NCBI GenBank assembly: GCA_965224705.1
Contig: OZ245056.1
Coordinates: 2,880,001-2,944,000, forward strand
Direction: 5' to 3'
From: Spirochaetaceae bacterium
GTDB taxonomy: Bacteria; Spirochaetota; Spirochaetia; DSM-2461
Length of the DNA: 64,000 nucleotides
The translations under genes and the position numbers were made by a program. Positions 52,486 through 63,034 of the stretch are shown here, piece by piece. The number at the start of each line of letters is the position of its first letter. The first letter of the stretch is position 1. The notes beneath the pieces are model-generated. The model saw nothing but the letters and a program-made list of their open reading frames with translations, had not been told where the DNA came from and did no database searches.

Positions 52486-53469
52486 TTATGGCTGTCTGTT
52501 GAGAACAGCATCGATATCGGACATCTGGGACTCTGTCAGCGGGCCGAACTCCAAAGCGCCGGTTAAGTCCTCCACCTGCGATACATTCCGGAACCCAGGA
52601 ATAGGAATTGTTTGGGTGCTTCGCGCCCAGAGCCATGCGATGGCCCCCTGCGCCACGGTGCGGCCCCTGCTCCTTAGGATATCCTGGACCGCTTCCGCCT
52701 TCTCCAACCACTCGGGGGCTGGACGACCGTCACTGAAAAATCGCATCCACTGCGGCGCCTTCTTTCCGCGGACATCAGAATCCGCTGGGCGGGAGGCGGC
52801 GCTATACTTTCCTGTCAGCAACCCCATAGCCAGCGGCCCCCTGTTGATGCTGGCAATCCCGTGCCGCTCAACAAGGGAAATCATCTCGGCGTTATCACTA
52901 ATGACATTGATCTCATGCTGTATAGCCCCGCAATGTCCGCCCTGGGCAAAGATCTCCGCCCGATCGACATCGTCAGTGCTCCAGGCGTAGGCGCGGATTT
53001 TTCCTTCTCTCACCAGAGCTTCCAGAGTATCCCGTACCTCCACGGCTTTTTCCGTATCGTATTCATTGATGTGAAACTGATACAGATCAACGTAATCCGT
53101 CTGAAGACGCCGCAGGGATGCTTCGCAGGCTTGGCGGATGTATGCCGGCTCCGCGCTTGATCCCGTTATTTGCCGACTTGTTTCATTGAAGCAGTTCCCA
53201 AACTTGGTGGCAATAACTACCTTGTCACGTAGAGATTTTAGTTCCCTTCCCAGGACACGCTCACTATGTCCGGCGCCGTAGACGTCGGCTGTGTCAAAGA
53301 ATGTAATGCCCGCATCCAACCCCTTGCGTATGGCCCGGGCAGATTCCGCATCATCGACTTCTCCCCAGCCGCATGGTATCTCATTGTCCCAGAAGGGTCC
53401 GCCAATAGCCCAGCACCCCAACCCCATTGCGCTGATGCTTATATCCGATTTTCCTAATGTCCGTTTCAT
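52486..53469 (-). CDS. Aldo/keto reductase
   Basis: GLGCWAIGG, FFDTADVYG, IATKFG, SLRRLQTDYVDLYQFH, PIPG. Confidence 0.93.
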   Translation of the reverse strand: MKRTLGKSDISISAMGLGCWAIGGPFWDNEIPCGWGEVDDAESARAIRKGLDAGITFFDTADVYGAGHSERVLGRELKSLRDKVVIATKFGNCFNETSRQITGSSAEPAYIRQACEASLRRLQTDYVDLYQFHINEYDTEKAVEVRDTLEALVREGKIRAYAWSTDDVDRAEIFAQGGHCGAIQHEINVISDNAEMISLVERHGIASINRGPLAMGLLTGKYSAASRPADSDVRGKKAPQWMRFFSDGRPAPEWLEKAEAVQDILRSRGRTVAQGAIAWLWARSTQTIPIPGFRNVSQVEDLTGALEFGPLTESQMSDIDAVLNRQP

Positions 53470-54031
53470 AAAAACTATTATACCACATTCGGCAATAAGC
53501 TTCTACCTTAGGGCTTGCTGAACAAGTCTTTCAGGCAGCCTTCCTACTGATTTTTCACGGTTCAGCATAATGACTGAAAGATGTATTTTACACGCACTTT
53601 TTTCTTTCAAGGGACCTCTAAGAAATCCCTCCGTGGATTTTTCAGAGGTGTAAAAAACCTGACTAAATCCGGCTTTTTTAGTGCCGTATGCGGGCCAAAG
53701 ACGAGTTCTGACACAGCCCCTATAGAAGACCATTTATCAGCTCATCTCAATGAATCTCCTCTCTTACCCTGTATCGCGAGCGTTTCTCGATATGTGCTGA
53801 TTATCTCCAGGATGTTACTCGGATACGTTGCACGAAACCCAAATGCGGACACGACTACTTCCGGCCGTTTTCCTGCAAGGGCTTTTACCTATGCCCGTCC
53901 TGCAGCCGAAAAGACACTCCTCTCCGGATGGTTATTGCTCATCAAACGTTTGGGGGCAGGTATGGTGGAATCCGCACTTTCACCCATCGTGCTGGAAGGA
54001 GGATTTGATAACGAGAGGACATTCTTTTATG

Positions 54032-54800
54032 TCAGCGGATGCGTTCCCAGTTCTTCAGGTCAAAGAGATTGTCAGTTACATAATAGTACTCTTCTATGAT
54101 GTATTCCTGTGAGTGCTGCAGCATCCGGGTTTCCCAATGCCTGGTAGTGTAGCAGGGCAAGGTCCTACCATCAATTACTGCATCAAAATCCTTTAGATCT
54201 TCTCCATAGACCAGGCTCATGGTGTCCCCATTGCTCATAAATTGGTTTGATACCTGTAGGGGGCCTTCGCTGTCAAAATCCTTCATCATTAGAAGAACAT
54301 TCAATCTATTTCTGGTCCCGCTGTTAATATTGAGTTTTGAGGCCTCTTCCAGAGACTGATAAGGCACATCAAAGGCGTTGGGATAATAATGATTCCCATG
54401 GTCTGAAACCAGAATTATTCTGCTGTTATCATATACTTCAGCCTCCTTCATCCAGTCCATAAAATCCGCCACATAATTAAGCGCCCAATAGGCACTGTAG
54501 TAGGCATTCAGACCTCCTGTTTCTGTAGGATGTGACGGGTCCGGTACCCCGCTGGTCAGCACTTTTCCTTCTTTATCAATGGCAAAGGGAGAATGGGTTA
54601 TTTCACTTATAAAAAATTTGAAGGTTGCGCTTTGACTTTGATTATTGGCCAGTAGAGGCATGGACCGCAGAAAAGATACTTTCTTAATCGTTTGGGTGTA
54701 ATTGGATTGCTCAATGGTGAACCAGGTACCCTTGTTATACACCGGTGCCTTGAAGGCGTAGGGAAGCACTCTGAACAGAGAAATAGCTGTCAATAACCCT
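54032..54800 (-). pseudogene. 3' fragment of sulfatase/alkaline-phosphatase-fold protein
   Basis: THSPF, VYDNSRIILVSDHG; 5' end replaced by the TA promoter. Confidence 0.55.
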
Positions 54801-54809
54801 CTTCGTAAC

Positions 54810-54842
54810 TTGACAAAAACGTACAGAATACTGTACGTTTTT
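54810..54842 (+). promoter_or_regulatory. yefM-yoeB promoter/operator
   Basis: TTGACA at 54810; perfect IR aaaaacgtacag-aata-ctgtacgttttt. Confidence 0.8.
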
Positions 54843-54857
54843 AAGAGGAGGTTTACC

Positions 54858-55112
54858 ATGGATGCTGTAAACTATTCAGATCTTCGTCAGAATCTAAAAA
54901 AATATCTCGATTCTGTATATAGGGATCATGAACCTTTGATTGTTACCAGAAAGAACAATGAAAATGTTGTGATTCTGTCTGTAGATGATTATAATTCACT
55001 AAACGAGACACAATACCTTATGTCCTCTAAAGCCAATGTGGAACATCTTCAAAAATCGTTAGCACAACTGCGTGAAGGAAAAGGGGAAGAGAAAGAGTTA
55101 ATCGAATCATGA
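54858..55112 (+). CDS. yefM: Antitoxin, Phd/YefM family
   Basis: MDAVNYSDLRQNLK...EPLIVTRKN...ETQYLMSS; RBS GAGGAGG. Confidence 0.92.
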   Translation: MDAVNYSDLRQNLKKYLDSVYRDHEPLIVTRKNNENVVILSVDDYNSLNETQYLMSSKANVEHLQKSLAQLREGKGEEKELIES

Positions 55113-55366
55113 GAAAACTTGTTTTTTCAAATGAATCGTGGAGTGACTATTTATATTGGCAAAAAACCGATAAGAAAAATTTTGAAAGAATTAATTCATT
55201 GATAAAAGAGATTGAACGAAAACCCTCTGAAGGGATAGGAAAACCTGAACCGTTAGAACATCAATTGCAGGGGTGTTGGTCAAGAAGAATAAACAAGGAA
55301 CATCGCCTGGTATATGAAATAACTGATTCAGCAATATGGATTATTTCCTGCAGATTCCACTATTGA
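55109..55366 (+). CDS. yoeB: Toxin, Txe/YoeB family
   Basis: WSDYLYWQ...GIGKPEPL...WSRRINKEHRLVY...CRFHY. Confidence 0.93.
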   Translation: MRKLVFSNESWSDYLYWQKTDKKNFERINSLIKEIERKPSEGIGKPEPLEHQLQGCWSRRINKEHRLVYEITDSAIWIISCRFHY

Positions 55367-55503
55367 AAAAGTCATTCAGATTAAAACTATTTCATTAGTA
55401 AGGTCATTAAGATGAAAAAAATTTTCCTAATTTCTCTCTATATGAATATATACTGGAGAAATGTAAACCTCCAGGAACTATTGATGGTGATTTCAGCTAT
55501 TCC

Positions 55504-55608
55504 CTCGACTTCATCGCCAGGCTTACTCAACACATCCTGTCGAAGGGTCTTCAGTGTATCCGACGATACGGTTTGTATGCATCGCGCACAAAGGGGCGGT
55601 GGGAGGAA
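55504..55608 (+). mobile_element. IS91-like (Y2) transposase fragment
   Basis: Manual translation LDFIARLTQHILSKGLQCIRRYGLYASRTKGRW. Confidence 0.55.
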
Positions 55609-56009
55609 TACCCTTTTCCCGGTAAATTATACCGCCTTCATCCTTAGATTGTAAGGGAAGATGCCGTGTCAATTCACCGTCTTGCAAGCCCAACTTCCTT
55701 AAGTTCTTATCCCGGATTACCGTTTGATTCTGTGTCGGAAGTTAACTTTTCCTATTACTAACCTTATTAGTTATATGGCAAGACTATGTATGCAGAAAAA
55801 TATAGAGATCATCTAAACACCGATGAGCATAAGGCCTATAAACATCTTAAAAAAACTTGATTCCGGGGATCCGGAGATTCAACATCAGAAGACAGCCTCA
55901 AAGAAGGACAGGAGGCGATCCATTATTTGTGGGCAACTATGTTGATCGGCAAATAAGAAAGGGTCAGATCATGTCCGGGAGACCATTCAATTTATCAGGT
56001 GTCCCAGCG

Positions 56010-56245
56010 CAATGATGAGCCGGAGGCAATCTATCGGTAGGGGTATTGAAGCCAGGAAAGGCAGCCCGGAAACCCACGCAGAGTATGCAGGACTTAAGCG
56101 GTAGATTGGGGCCAAAGGTTCCGGTTAAGGCGAATGTTCCAGATCAAGCTACCCCTGAGTAAGGAGGAAAGAAAAACCTGGCTTCGTCAGTGGCGCAATC
56201 CGGGGGTAAATACAGGCCGACATTTGTTCAGGTACATCCGGACAT
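56010..56245 (+). ncRNA. Structured intergenic segment, possibly group II intron domain I remnant
   Basis: Complementary pairs 56027-36/56099-108, 56039-45/56150-56, 56048-56/56177-85; no RT or domain V. Confidence 0.35.
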
Positions 56246-56289
56246 AAATGGGGTAGACATTACACAATCTTTTGATCACTATCAGATGC

Positions 56290-57621
56290 ATGAGTAATAT
56301 TTTTATTGGAGACCATGAATACTTCCCTGGGATTTGTGAAATTGCCTATGAGGGCCCGAAATCGGATAACCCCCTTGCATTTAAGTTCTATAACGCCGAT
56401 TGCCTGGTGGCAGGCAAATCCATGCGGGAGCATTTGCGCTTTTCCATCGCGTACTGGCACTCCTTCTGTGCCGACGGCACAGATCCTTTTGGTAGTGCTA
56501 CAATAGTTCATCCCTGGTGGGATAAGGATCCACTTACTGCGGCACGTAAAAAGCTGGATGCGGCCTTTGAATTTATTACCAAGATTGGAGCTCCTTTTTA
56601 TGCCTTTCATGATGTGGATATGGCCCCTCCCGGTGCCAATCAGGTTGAATTTGAGAAAAATCTTATCGCCATGACCAGAATTGCCAAAGAACGGCAGGAC
56701 GCAACCGGAGTCAGGCTGCTATGGGGTACATCTAACATCTTTACCCACCCTCGCTACATGAATGGTGCTGCCAGCAACCCGGATTTTGCTGTTCTTGGCC
56801 ATGCGGCGCATCAGGTAAAAGCTGCTCTGGATGCTACCATCAGTCTTGGCGGTGCAGGCTATACTTTCTGGGGTGGTCGAGAAGGGTATATGACTCTCTG
56901 GAATACGGACATGAAGCGGGAGCAGGATCATATTGCTACATTCCTTATTATGGCAAGAGATTATGCCCGGAGTGCCGGCTTTAAAGGAACCTTTTATATC
57001 GAACCCAAGGCCATGGAACCGGCCAAACATCAGTACGATTTTGATGCTGCTGCGGTGATTGGATTTTTACGTCGTTACGGTCTGGAGCAGGATTTTAAGT
57101 GCAATATTGAAGCTAATCACGCTACCCTGGCGGGACATGATTTTGTTCACGAACTACGGGTGTGCCGGGATGCTGGGTTACTGGGCAGTATTGATGCCAA
57201 CCGCGGCGATCTTATGAATGGATGGGATACTGATGAGTTTCCTACCGATGTCTATCAGACTACCATGGCCATGTTGGAAGTACTTTCCATGGGTGGTTTT
57301 AGCTCTGGGGGGCTTAATTTTGATGCCAAACGCCGCCGGAACTCCACGGATGTGCGGGATTTGTTTTATGCCCACATTGCCGGTATGGATGCCTTTGCCT
57401 TAGGGCTTACTGCTGCCCAGCGCATTATGGAAGATGGCAAACTTGCTAAAATGCGCAAAATCCGCTATGAAAGTTGGGATTGTGCTGAGGCGGCCAGATT
57501 TGAATCCGGTAAGATGACTTTGCCGGAATTGGCAAAACTGGGGGAAAAAGGTGAACCAGATATTGTCAGTGGTAAGCAGGAATACATTGAAGGTTTGATT
57601 AACGGTTATCTTTTTGGATGA
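56290..57621 (+). CDS. xylA: Xylose isomerase (class II)
   Basis: [52 protein letters not shown]. Confidence 0.96.
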   Translation: MSNIFIGDHEYFPGICEIAYEGPKSDNPLAFKFYNADCLVAGKSMREHLRFSIAYWHSFCADGTDPFGSATIVHPWWDKDPLTAARKKLDAAFEFITKIGAPFYAFHDVDMAPPGANQVEFEKNLIAMTRIAKERQDATGVRLLWGTSNIFTHPRYMNGAASNPDFAVLGHAAHQVKAALDATISLGGAGYTFWGGREGYMTLWNTDMKREQDHIATFLIMARDYARSAGFKGTFYIEPKAMEPAKHQYDFDAAAVIGFLRRYGLEQDFKCNIEANHATLAGHDFVHELRVCRDAGLLGSIDANRGDLMNGWDTDEFPTDVYQTTMAMLEVLSMGGFSSGGLNFDAKRRRNSTDVRDLFYAHIAGMDAFALGLTAAQRIMEDGKLAKMRKIRYESWDCAEAARFESGKMTLPELAKLGEKGEPDIVSGKQEYIEGLINGYLFG

Positions 57622-57674
57622 TTTTTTATTGGATGCGGCAGAAATAAATAAAAAACTACAAGAAATAATATTGA

Positions 57675-58175
57675 CCTGAATCCGTATTCCACTCCCCAAA
57701 AAGTTAAACCACCAGATCTCTGCCCAGAGATTTCATGGGTATAGCCCAAGCATTGCCATACCAGAAGCAAGTCTCCTGCTTGCTTCTTCCGAGCCGCCTT
57801 CGTTCGCTTTTGCCGCCTTGTATCGGAAAAAAATCATCAAAAATCGCATCGAAGCCTTAAAGTCCGACAGACTCCTTGATATAGGTGTTTTTTTAAGGTG
57901 CCCAATGTATGATCTTTGGCATTTCTGCTTATCCGCTCCATATAGAGCCGCAGGGTTTCCCGAGCATATACATATTTTAACGAGAGCTTTTTGAGAAAAA
58001 TGAGCAGTTCCGAAGAAGATTGAGCTTTTATTTTTTATGTTGTGTCTCGAAGAATGTGGAAGCGTATTATTCTGCTCTAAAATCCTCTCAAAAGTGGGAA
58101 AAACCTGCGATTTAGTGCCGATTTTAGGAAATTCCACATTTTTCGAGACACGATGTATTTTTATACGGATTCAGG
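57675..58175. mobile_element. Non-autonomous IS derivative (IS1380-like ends)
   Basis: 13-bp IRs CCTGAATCCGTAT / ATACGGATTCAGG with 5-bp target duplication ATTGA. Confidence 0.75.
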
Positions 58176-58273
58176 ATTGACTATACAATGATGTTCGCAT
58201 ATAGTCATTAAAAAGATGACTTCGGTCAAATATTACAATTAAAAGGAGAATTGTATGAAATAGATGTATTTAA

Positions 58274-58697
58274 CCCCTATTTCTCACCAGCATAAAACGG
58301 CATAAAAAATCCTGGAAAATTTCTGTTCTCTCCGGCAATATATCAAGCAAAAAGTCTCCAGTTAACTGATCCGTGTTATTTTCGTGTTATTTCCGTCCAA
58401 AGCAAGTCGGTTTTTTCTGATTTTTTTTCATTTTTTCAACCCTCGGCGCACAACTTTCCCAGGGAATCCAGATGAGAACTATCAACTGTTTTTATTACCG
58501 CTCATATGGCCCGGGATATTCGTATCCAGATGTCCCACCAGGGAAAACTCTCCGGCAAACTGATCCAGATTCGGCGAACCGTAATCTTTACAGCGGCCGA
58601 AACTTTAAGCATCCTTAATCGGATTGTAGAGGACATGCTTCGGGTTTCATCAACGCTGACCTGCTGAATTATTCTTCGAAGATGGACAAAGAAAAGA
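58274..58697 (-). mobile_element. IS1380-family right-end remnant
   Basis: IR CCCCTATTTCTCACC and transposase C-terminus FFVHLRR...FPWWDIWIR. Confidence 0.85.
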
Positions 58698-60002
58698 GGC
58701 TCTTCAGACTGTTGTGTGGAATCCATAAAAGTGTAAAGCTGTCACCATGGAAGAAACAGTAGAAGATTTTTACAAATATTTATTGAAGATAGACGGCCCC
58801 TGGAAAGTACTGACAATCACGCGCAAAGACGAAACAGAAGAAGTAATCGTCGAAGTCGGCATCAACAGCAAAGAGGGTCTTCAATGTCCGGTTTGCGGGA
58901 TCAAAGCGAAACGCTATGATTTTCGAATTCGTCGCTGGAGACATCTGGATTCATGTGAGTACCATACCTTGATTGAGGCAAAAGTCCCAGGAGTGGAATG
59001 TACGGAACATGGCATCAAACAAGTGAAAGTTCCATGGGCTGAGGACAGGTCTCGATTCACGGCAAAATTTGAGTCCCGGATTATAGAGTGGCTGGAGGAG
59101 GCATCGATTTCCAAAGTGGCCAGACGTTTTGAATTGAGCTGGGACGAGGTGGACGGCATACAATGCAGAGCCGTGAAAAGAGGGCTTGCAAGACGAAAAA
59201 AAGTCAATGTGAGAGACATGGGAATTGATGAGACTTCGTTTCAAAAACGGCATGAATATGTCACGGTCCTTCTGGACAAAGAGAAGGACTGTGTTATGGA
59301 TATTCTTGATGACAGAAAGGCATCAACATTGAATAAGTGGTTTATTGAACAAGAAATATTTGATCTAGAAACCGTAAGAAGTATTTCCATGGATATGTGG
59401 GAGCCTTTCATCAGTGCGGTGAAAAAGTACTTCGCCAATGGAGCCGAAATAATCGCTTTCGACAGGTTTCATGTCTCAATGCATCTGGGCAAAGCCCTTG
59501 ACAGGGTACGATTACAGGAGAATAGGCAATTAATGAATGAAGGCATCCGCACACTGATTCGCTCAAAACATCAATGGCTGAGAAGTTCTTCAAAAACCGA
59601 CAATAGAAGCTCCCGGCGGAAAGATTTTATGGCACTGACAAAGATGAATCTTAAGACGGCAAGAGCCTGGCGAATTAAAGAAGCCGCTTCACTTCTCTGG
59701 GATTATACATATATGGGAGTTGCTGAAAAACAATGGAAAAAACTGCTGTATTGGATGAGCCATTCCAGACTGAAGCCCATCATTGCGGTTTATAAAACTA
59801 TTAAGAAGAATTTGTGGGGTATTCTTAATGCGATTCGTTTAAAAGCGAATAACAGCATGGTGGAAGCCAAAAATGCGCGTATTCAGAGAATCAAAAAAAT
59901 AGCTTGTGGATATCGCAATAAAGAGCGGTTCAAAACTGCCATTCTCTTCCATTTGGGAGGACTGGATTTGATGCCTTGTTCCACATGATACCCGGAAGAG
60001 CC
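58698..60002 (+). mobile_element. ISL3-family element
   Basis: Ends GGCTCTTC...GAAGAGCC. Confidence 0.88.
58747..59988 (+). CDS. ISL3-family transposase
   Basis: CPVCG zinc finger, RRWRHLD, GIDE, SMDMW, FDRFHV, EAKNARIQ...GYRN. Confidence 0.93.
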   Translation: MEETVEDFYKYLLKIDGPWKVLTITRKDETEEVIVEVGINSKEGLQCPVCGIKAKRYDFRIRRWRHLDSCEYHTLIEAKVPGVECTEHGIKQVKVPWAEDRSRFTAKFESRIIEWLEEASISKVARRFELSWDEVDGIQCRAVKRGLARRKKVNVRDMGIDETSFQKRHEYVTVLLDKEKDCVMDILDDRKASTLNKWFIEQEIFDLETVRSISMDMWEPFISAVKKYFANGAEIIAFDRFHVSMHLGKALDRVRLQENRQLMNEGIRTLIRSKHQWLRSSSKTDNRSSRRKDFMALTKMNLKTARAWRIKEAASLLWDYTYMGVAEKQWKKLLYWMSHSRLKPIIAVYKTIKKNLWGILNAIRLKANNSMVEAKNARIQRIKKIACGYRNKERFKTAILFHLGGLDLMPCST

Positions 60003-60240
60003 AAAAAAATCATCCACCCTGCACCAGCAATTCAGAAATATCCCTCAGTCCAGATTAAAATCTATGAGTAAAACGACTTGGCGGGTGTATAAAGAATATA
60101 ATCAGACTACTCAAAAGCAAGGTTGATCTGCCCGGAAGAATCGGCTCCTGCTTCACCGATACCCGCCGCAAGCCTCAGATCCCCTTTGAGAAGATCGTTA
60201 AAGGATTGGGGGTTCATTCTATCATAAAAAGCCGTGATGC
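60003..60240 (+). mobile_element. Degraded transposase remnant related to 49700-50320
   Basis: Shared aaaaaaatcatccaccct and tttgagaagatcgttaa.ggattggggg.tcatt segments. Confidence 0.55.
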
Positions 60241-60336
60241 AGGCTTTAGATGAGAAGAAGATGCATCTCTGCTGGATTAAGGGGGATCTCCAGAACATGT
60301 TTGCAATCGAATCCCCATAGAGATAGAATGGGAGCG

Positions 60337-61050
60337 ATGAAAACCTGGGTCAGAATAGCCCATCGCGGCGGCAGGTCGGATTTCCCGGAAAACACCATTG
60401 CGGCAATCAATGCATCACTCAGACTCGGCGCCGATCTTGTCGAGATTGATATCCGCGGCAGTCGTGACAATGTTCCTGTTGTTGTACATGACGAAACTCT
60501 TCATCGTCTGTTCGGGTTGAATCGAAGAATTGACGAGATGGATGCCCTTGACCTGTTTGCACTGCGGCATGAAAGCGGAAGTCCGCCGGATTCACATCGA
60601 GTATTCAGTTTTGAAGAAACACTGGCGGCTCTGGATGCTCCGAAACTGCTTCTCCATATCAAAGAACCTTCGGATGGGTTGGAGGAAACGATTGAGATTC
60701 TGATGGACGGTACGACAGATATGAGCGGTATTGTTTTCGGGGCGGTTACTCTGGATGCCTATTCGGTTATTCGATCCGCCAATCCCGACTGGGCTATACT
60801 TGGATTTGTCCCGAAACCGGAAGACATCCCGGGATTTATCCGGGCCGGTGTGGACATCGTTCGTCTCTGGGACGAATGGGTGACACCGGAACTTATTGAG
60901 GGCATTCACCGGGAGGGGGCGGCTGTCTGGGTGATGGTTGGCAGACCCTTTGACGGGGAAGTGGGAGAGACCACTCCTGCAAGGATCGCACAGCTCTGGG
61001 AAATGGAGATTGACGGAATCCTGATCAACGATATCCGATTGCTTCCCTAA
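60337..61050 (+). CDS. Glycerophosphodiester phosphodiesterase family protein
   Basis: IAHRGG...PENT...VEIDI...VVVHDETL...DGILIND. Confidence 0.88.
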   Translation: MKTWVRIAHRGGRSDFPENTIAAINASLRLGADLVEIDIRGSRDNVPVVVHDETLHRLFGLNRRIDEMDALDLFALRHESGSPPDSHRVFSFEETLAALDAPKLLLHIKEPSDGLEETIEILMDGTTDMSGIVFGAVTLDAYSVIRSANPDWAILGFVPKPEDIPGFIRAGVDIVRLWDEWVTPELIEGIHREGAAVWVMVGRPFDGEVGETTPARIAQLWEMEIDGILINDIRLLP

Positions 61051-62207
61051 TCAGAAGGAAGATTAAAAATATCCATTCTCTTGAATGCTTCCATCGCCTC
61101 ATACTCGGCCAGTCCCAGGGCATCGTAACGTTCTGCCAGTTCCCGGTTTCGATCCTCGGCCCGCTGCCAGAATTCCCTGTTGTCATCACCGGGAAACCGG
61201 GCGGTATCTTTCTGGGACTGATGCCTGAAGATGGCCTGCCGCTTTCGCTTCACCTCATCCGGACTCATGGGCACAACCATATCGATCTCATCAATCGGCC
61301 ACTCATGCCAGGCTCCGCGATAGAGCCAGAATCGGCAGTCCTCCAGCCAGGAGGAATTCGGCATTTTGTTCAATGCTTTATAGATGGCCCTCAGACAGAT
61401 TTTATGGGTACCATGGGGATCGGCCAGATCACCGGCTGCATAAATCTGATGGGGACGCAGCCGATCCAGAAGATCTATAATCAGCTCAATATCCCGGTCC
61501 CCCAAAGGCAGTTTCTCCGGCGCACCGGAATGGTAGAACGGCATGTTAAGGAAATGGGCGCGGTCATCGGGAATGCCGATCATACGGCATGCCGCCAAAG
61601 CTTCACTGACCCGTATGATGGATTTCGTCCTCTTCACCGAATCTCCGTCGGGCATCCCTTCCGCCCTGGCATCCATCTCTCTCTTAACCTGGCCGAAAAA
61701 GTCCGCAGCAGGAGTATTTCCGCTGTTGAGCTCTTTCAGGAGGAGACGAAAAAAATCCCCGATCTGGACAACATCTTCATCAAAAACCGCTAAGTCCCCG
61801 GAAGTCTGGTAGGCCACATGGACTTCATGTTCCTGGTCAACCAGCCGGATGAAAGTCCCTCCCATTGAAATGACATCGTCATCCGGATGGGGACTGAAAA
61901 TCAGCACCCGCTTTTGGGGAGGGTTGGCCCGCTCCGGCCGGTTGGTGTCATCGGCACCGGGTTTTCCCCCAGGCCAACCGGTGATAGTATGCTGGAGTTC
62001 ATTGAATATCCGGATATTGATCCGATACGCCGAACCGAAGGTGTTCCGAAGGTTTTCCAGACCATGTTCTCGATAGTCGGAATCCGTCAGTTTCAGTATG
62101 GGTTTTCCAACCGTCGAACAGAGTTCCACCACAGCTTTACGAACCGAAGCATCGTCATCAGGGCAGGCCGAAAGCCGATTCCCGGGAGTGCTGCCGTCGA
62201 AGGTCAC
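61047..62207 (-). CDS. PIG-L-family deacetylase-like protein resembling the C-terminal half of long-form NagB
   Basis: GTGA overlap with permease; LQHTITGWPGGKP, FSPHPDDDVISMGGT, AGDLADPHGTH, HQSQKD. Confidence 0.8.
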   Translation of the reverse strand: MTFDGSTPGNRLSACPDDDASVRKAVVELCSTVGKPILKLTDSDYREHGLENLRNTFGSAYRINIRIFNELQHTITGWPGGKPGADDTNRPERANPPQKRVLIFSPHPDDDVISMGGTFIRLVDQEHEVHVAYQTSGDLAVFDEDVVQIGDFFRLLLKELNSGNTPAADFFGQVKREMDARAEGMPDGDSVKRTKSIIRVSEALAACRMIGIPDDRAHFLNMPFYHSGAPEKLPLGDRDIELIIDLLDRLRPHQIYAAGDLADPHGTHKICLRAIYKALNKMPNSSWLEDCRFWLYRGAWHEWPIDEIDMVVPMSPDEVKRKRQAIFRHQSQKDTARFPGDDNREFWQRAEDRNRELAERYDALGLAEYEAMEAFKRMDIFNLPSD

Positions 62208-63025
62208 CCTTTCACGCCCGTCGAAGTGATGCCCTCGATAAACTGCTTCTGCATGATGAGGTAAACCGTAAATATCGGAATCACGGAAATAACGGCACCG
62301 GCAAGAAGATAGTTCCACAGAGCAGAAAACTCGCCGATGAAGCTCACCAGTCCAAGGGTCAGTGTATAAAGCTTCTTGCTGTTGAGGTACACAAGGGGAC
62401 GCAGGAAGGCGTTCCAGTTTATCAGGAAAGAGATGATGAAAAGTGCCGAAAGGGATGCTTTGGAAACCGGAAGGAAAATCCTGCGGTAAATAGCGAATGG
62501 TTTTGCGCCGTCAACTACAGCCGCTTCCTCCAGTTCCTTCGGGACATTCTCATAGAAACTGCGCATGAGAAATACACCTGTGGTTCCGATAAGGAATGAG
62601 GGAACGATCAGCGGCAAATAGGTATCAATCCATCCCAGCTTCGCCATTAGAAGGAACTCGGGGATGATAACAACCTCTATGGGGACCATTATTGTTGCGA
62701 GAATGAGACCGAACAGCAGTTCCCGTCCCGGAAATTTCATTCGGGCAAAAGCAAATCCGGCGAGGCTGCAGGTGAAGAGCTGCCCCACCGCAGCCGTGGT
62801 TGCTATGAAAAGACTGTTGATCGTGAATCTCAGGAAGTTGTACTTGGAGAAAATCTCCCTGTAGTTATCCAGCGTTGGATTTTTGGCCAGGAATTCCGGA
62901 GGATCCGCATAGACGGCTTCCAGCGGCTGAAGCGATACATTCAGCATCCAGTAAAACGGAAATACGGCGACAACGGCAAAAAGTATCAGTATGCAGTACA
63001 GAATGATTTTGTGGGAGATTGTCAT
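62204..63025 (-). CDS. Carbohydrate ABC permease (MalG/UgpE-like)
   Basis: PKELEEAAVVDGA, WNAFLRPL, QKQFIEGI. Confidence 0.93.
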   Translation of the reverse strand: MTISHKIILYCILILFAVVAVFPFYWMLNVSLQPLEAVYADPPEFLAKNPTLDNYREIFSKYNFLRFTINSLFIATTAAVGQLFTCSLAGFAFARMKFPGRELLFGLILATIMVPIEVVIIPEFLLMAKLGWIDTYLPLIVPSFLIGTTGVFLMRSFYENVPKELEEAAVVDGAKPFAIYRRIFLPVSKASLSALFIISFLINWNAFLRPLVYLNSKKLYTLTLGLVSFIGEFSALWNYLLAGAVISVIPIFTVYLIMQKQFIEGITSTGVKG

Positions 63026-63034
63026 TTCGCCCGC

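Noticed and set aside
53720..54030. Possible gene fragment between aldo-keto reductase and sulfatase fragment
   Set aside because: No recognisable motif in the frames examined.
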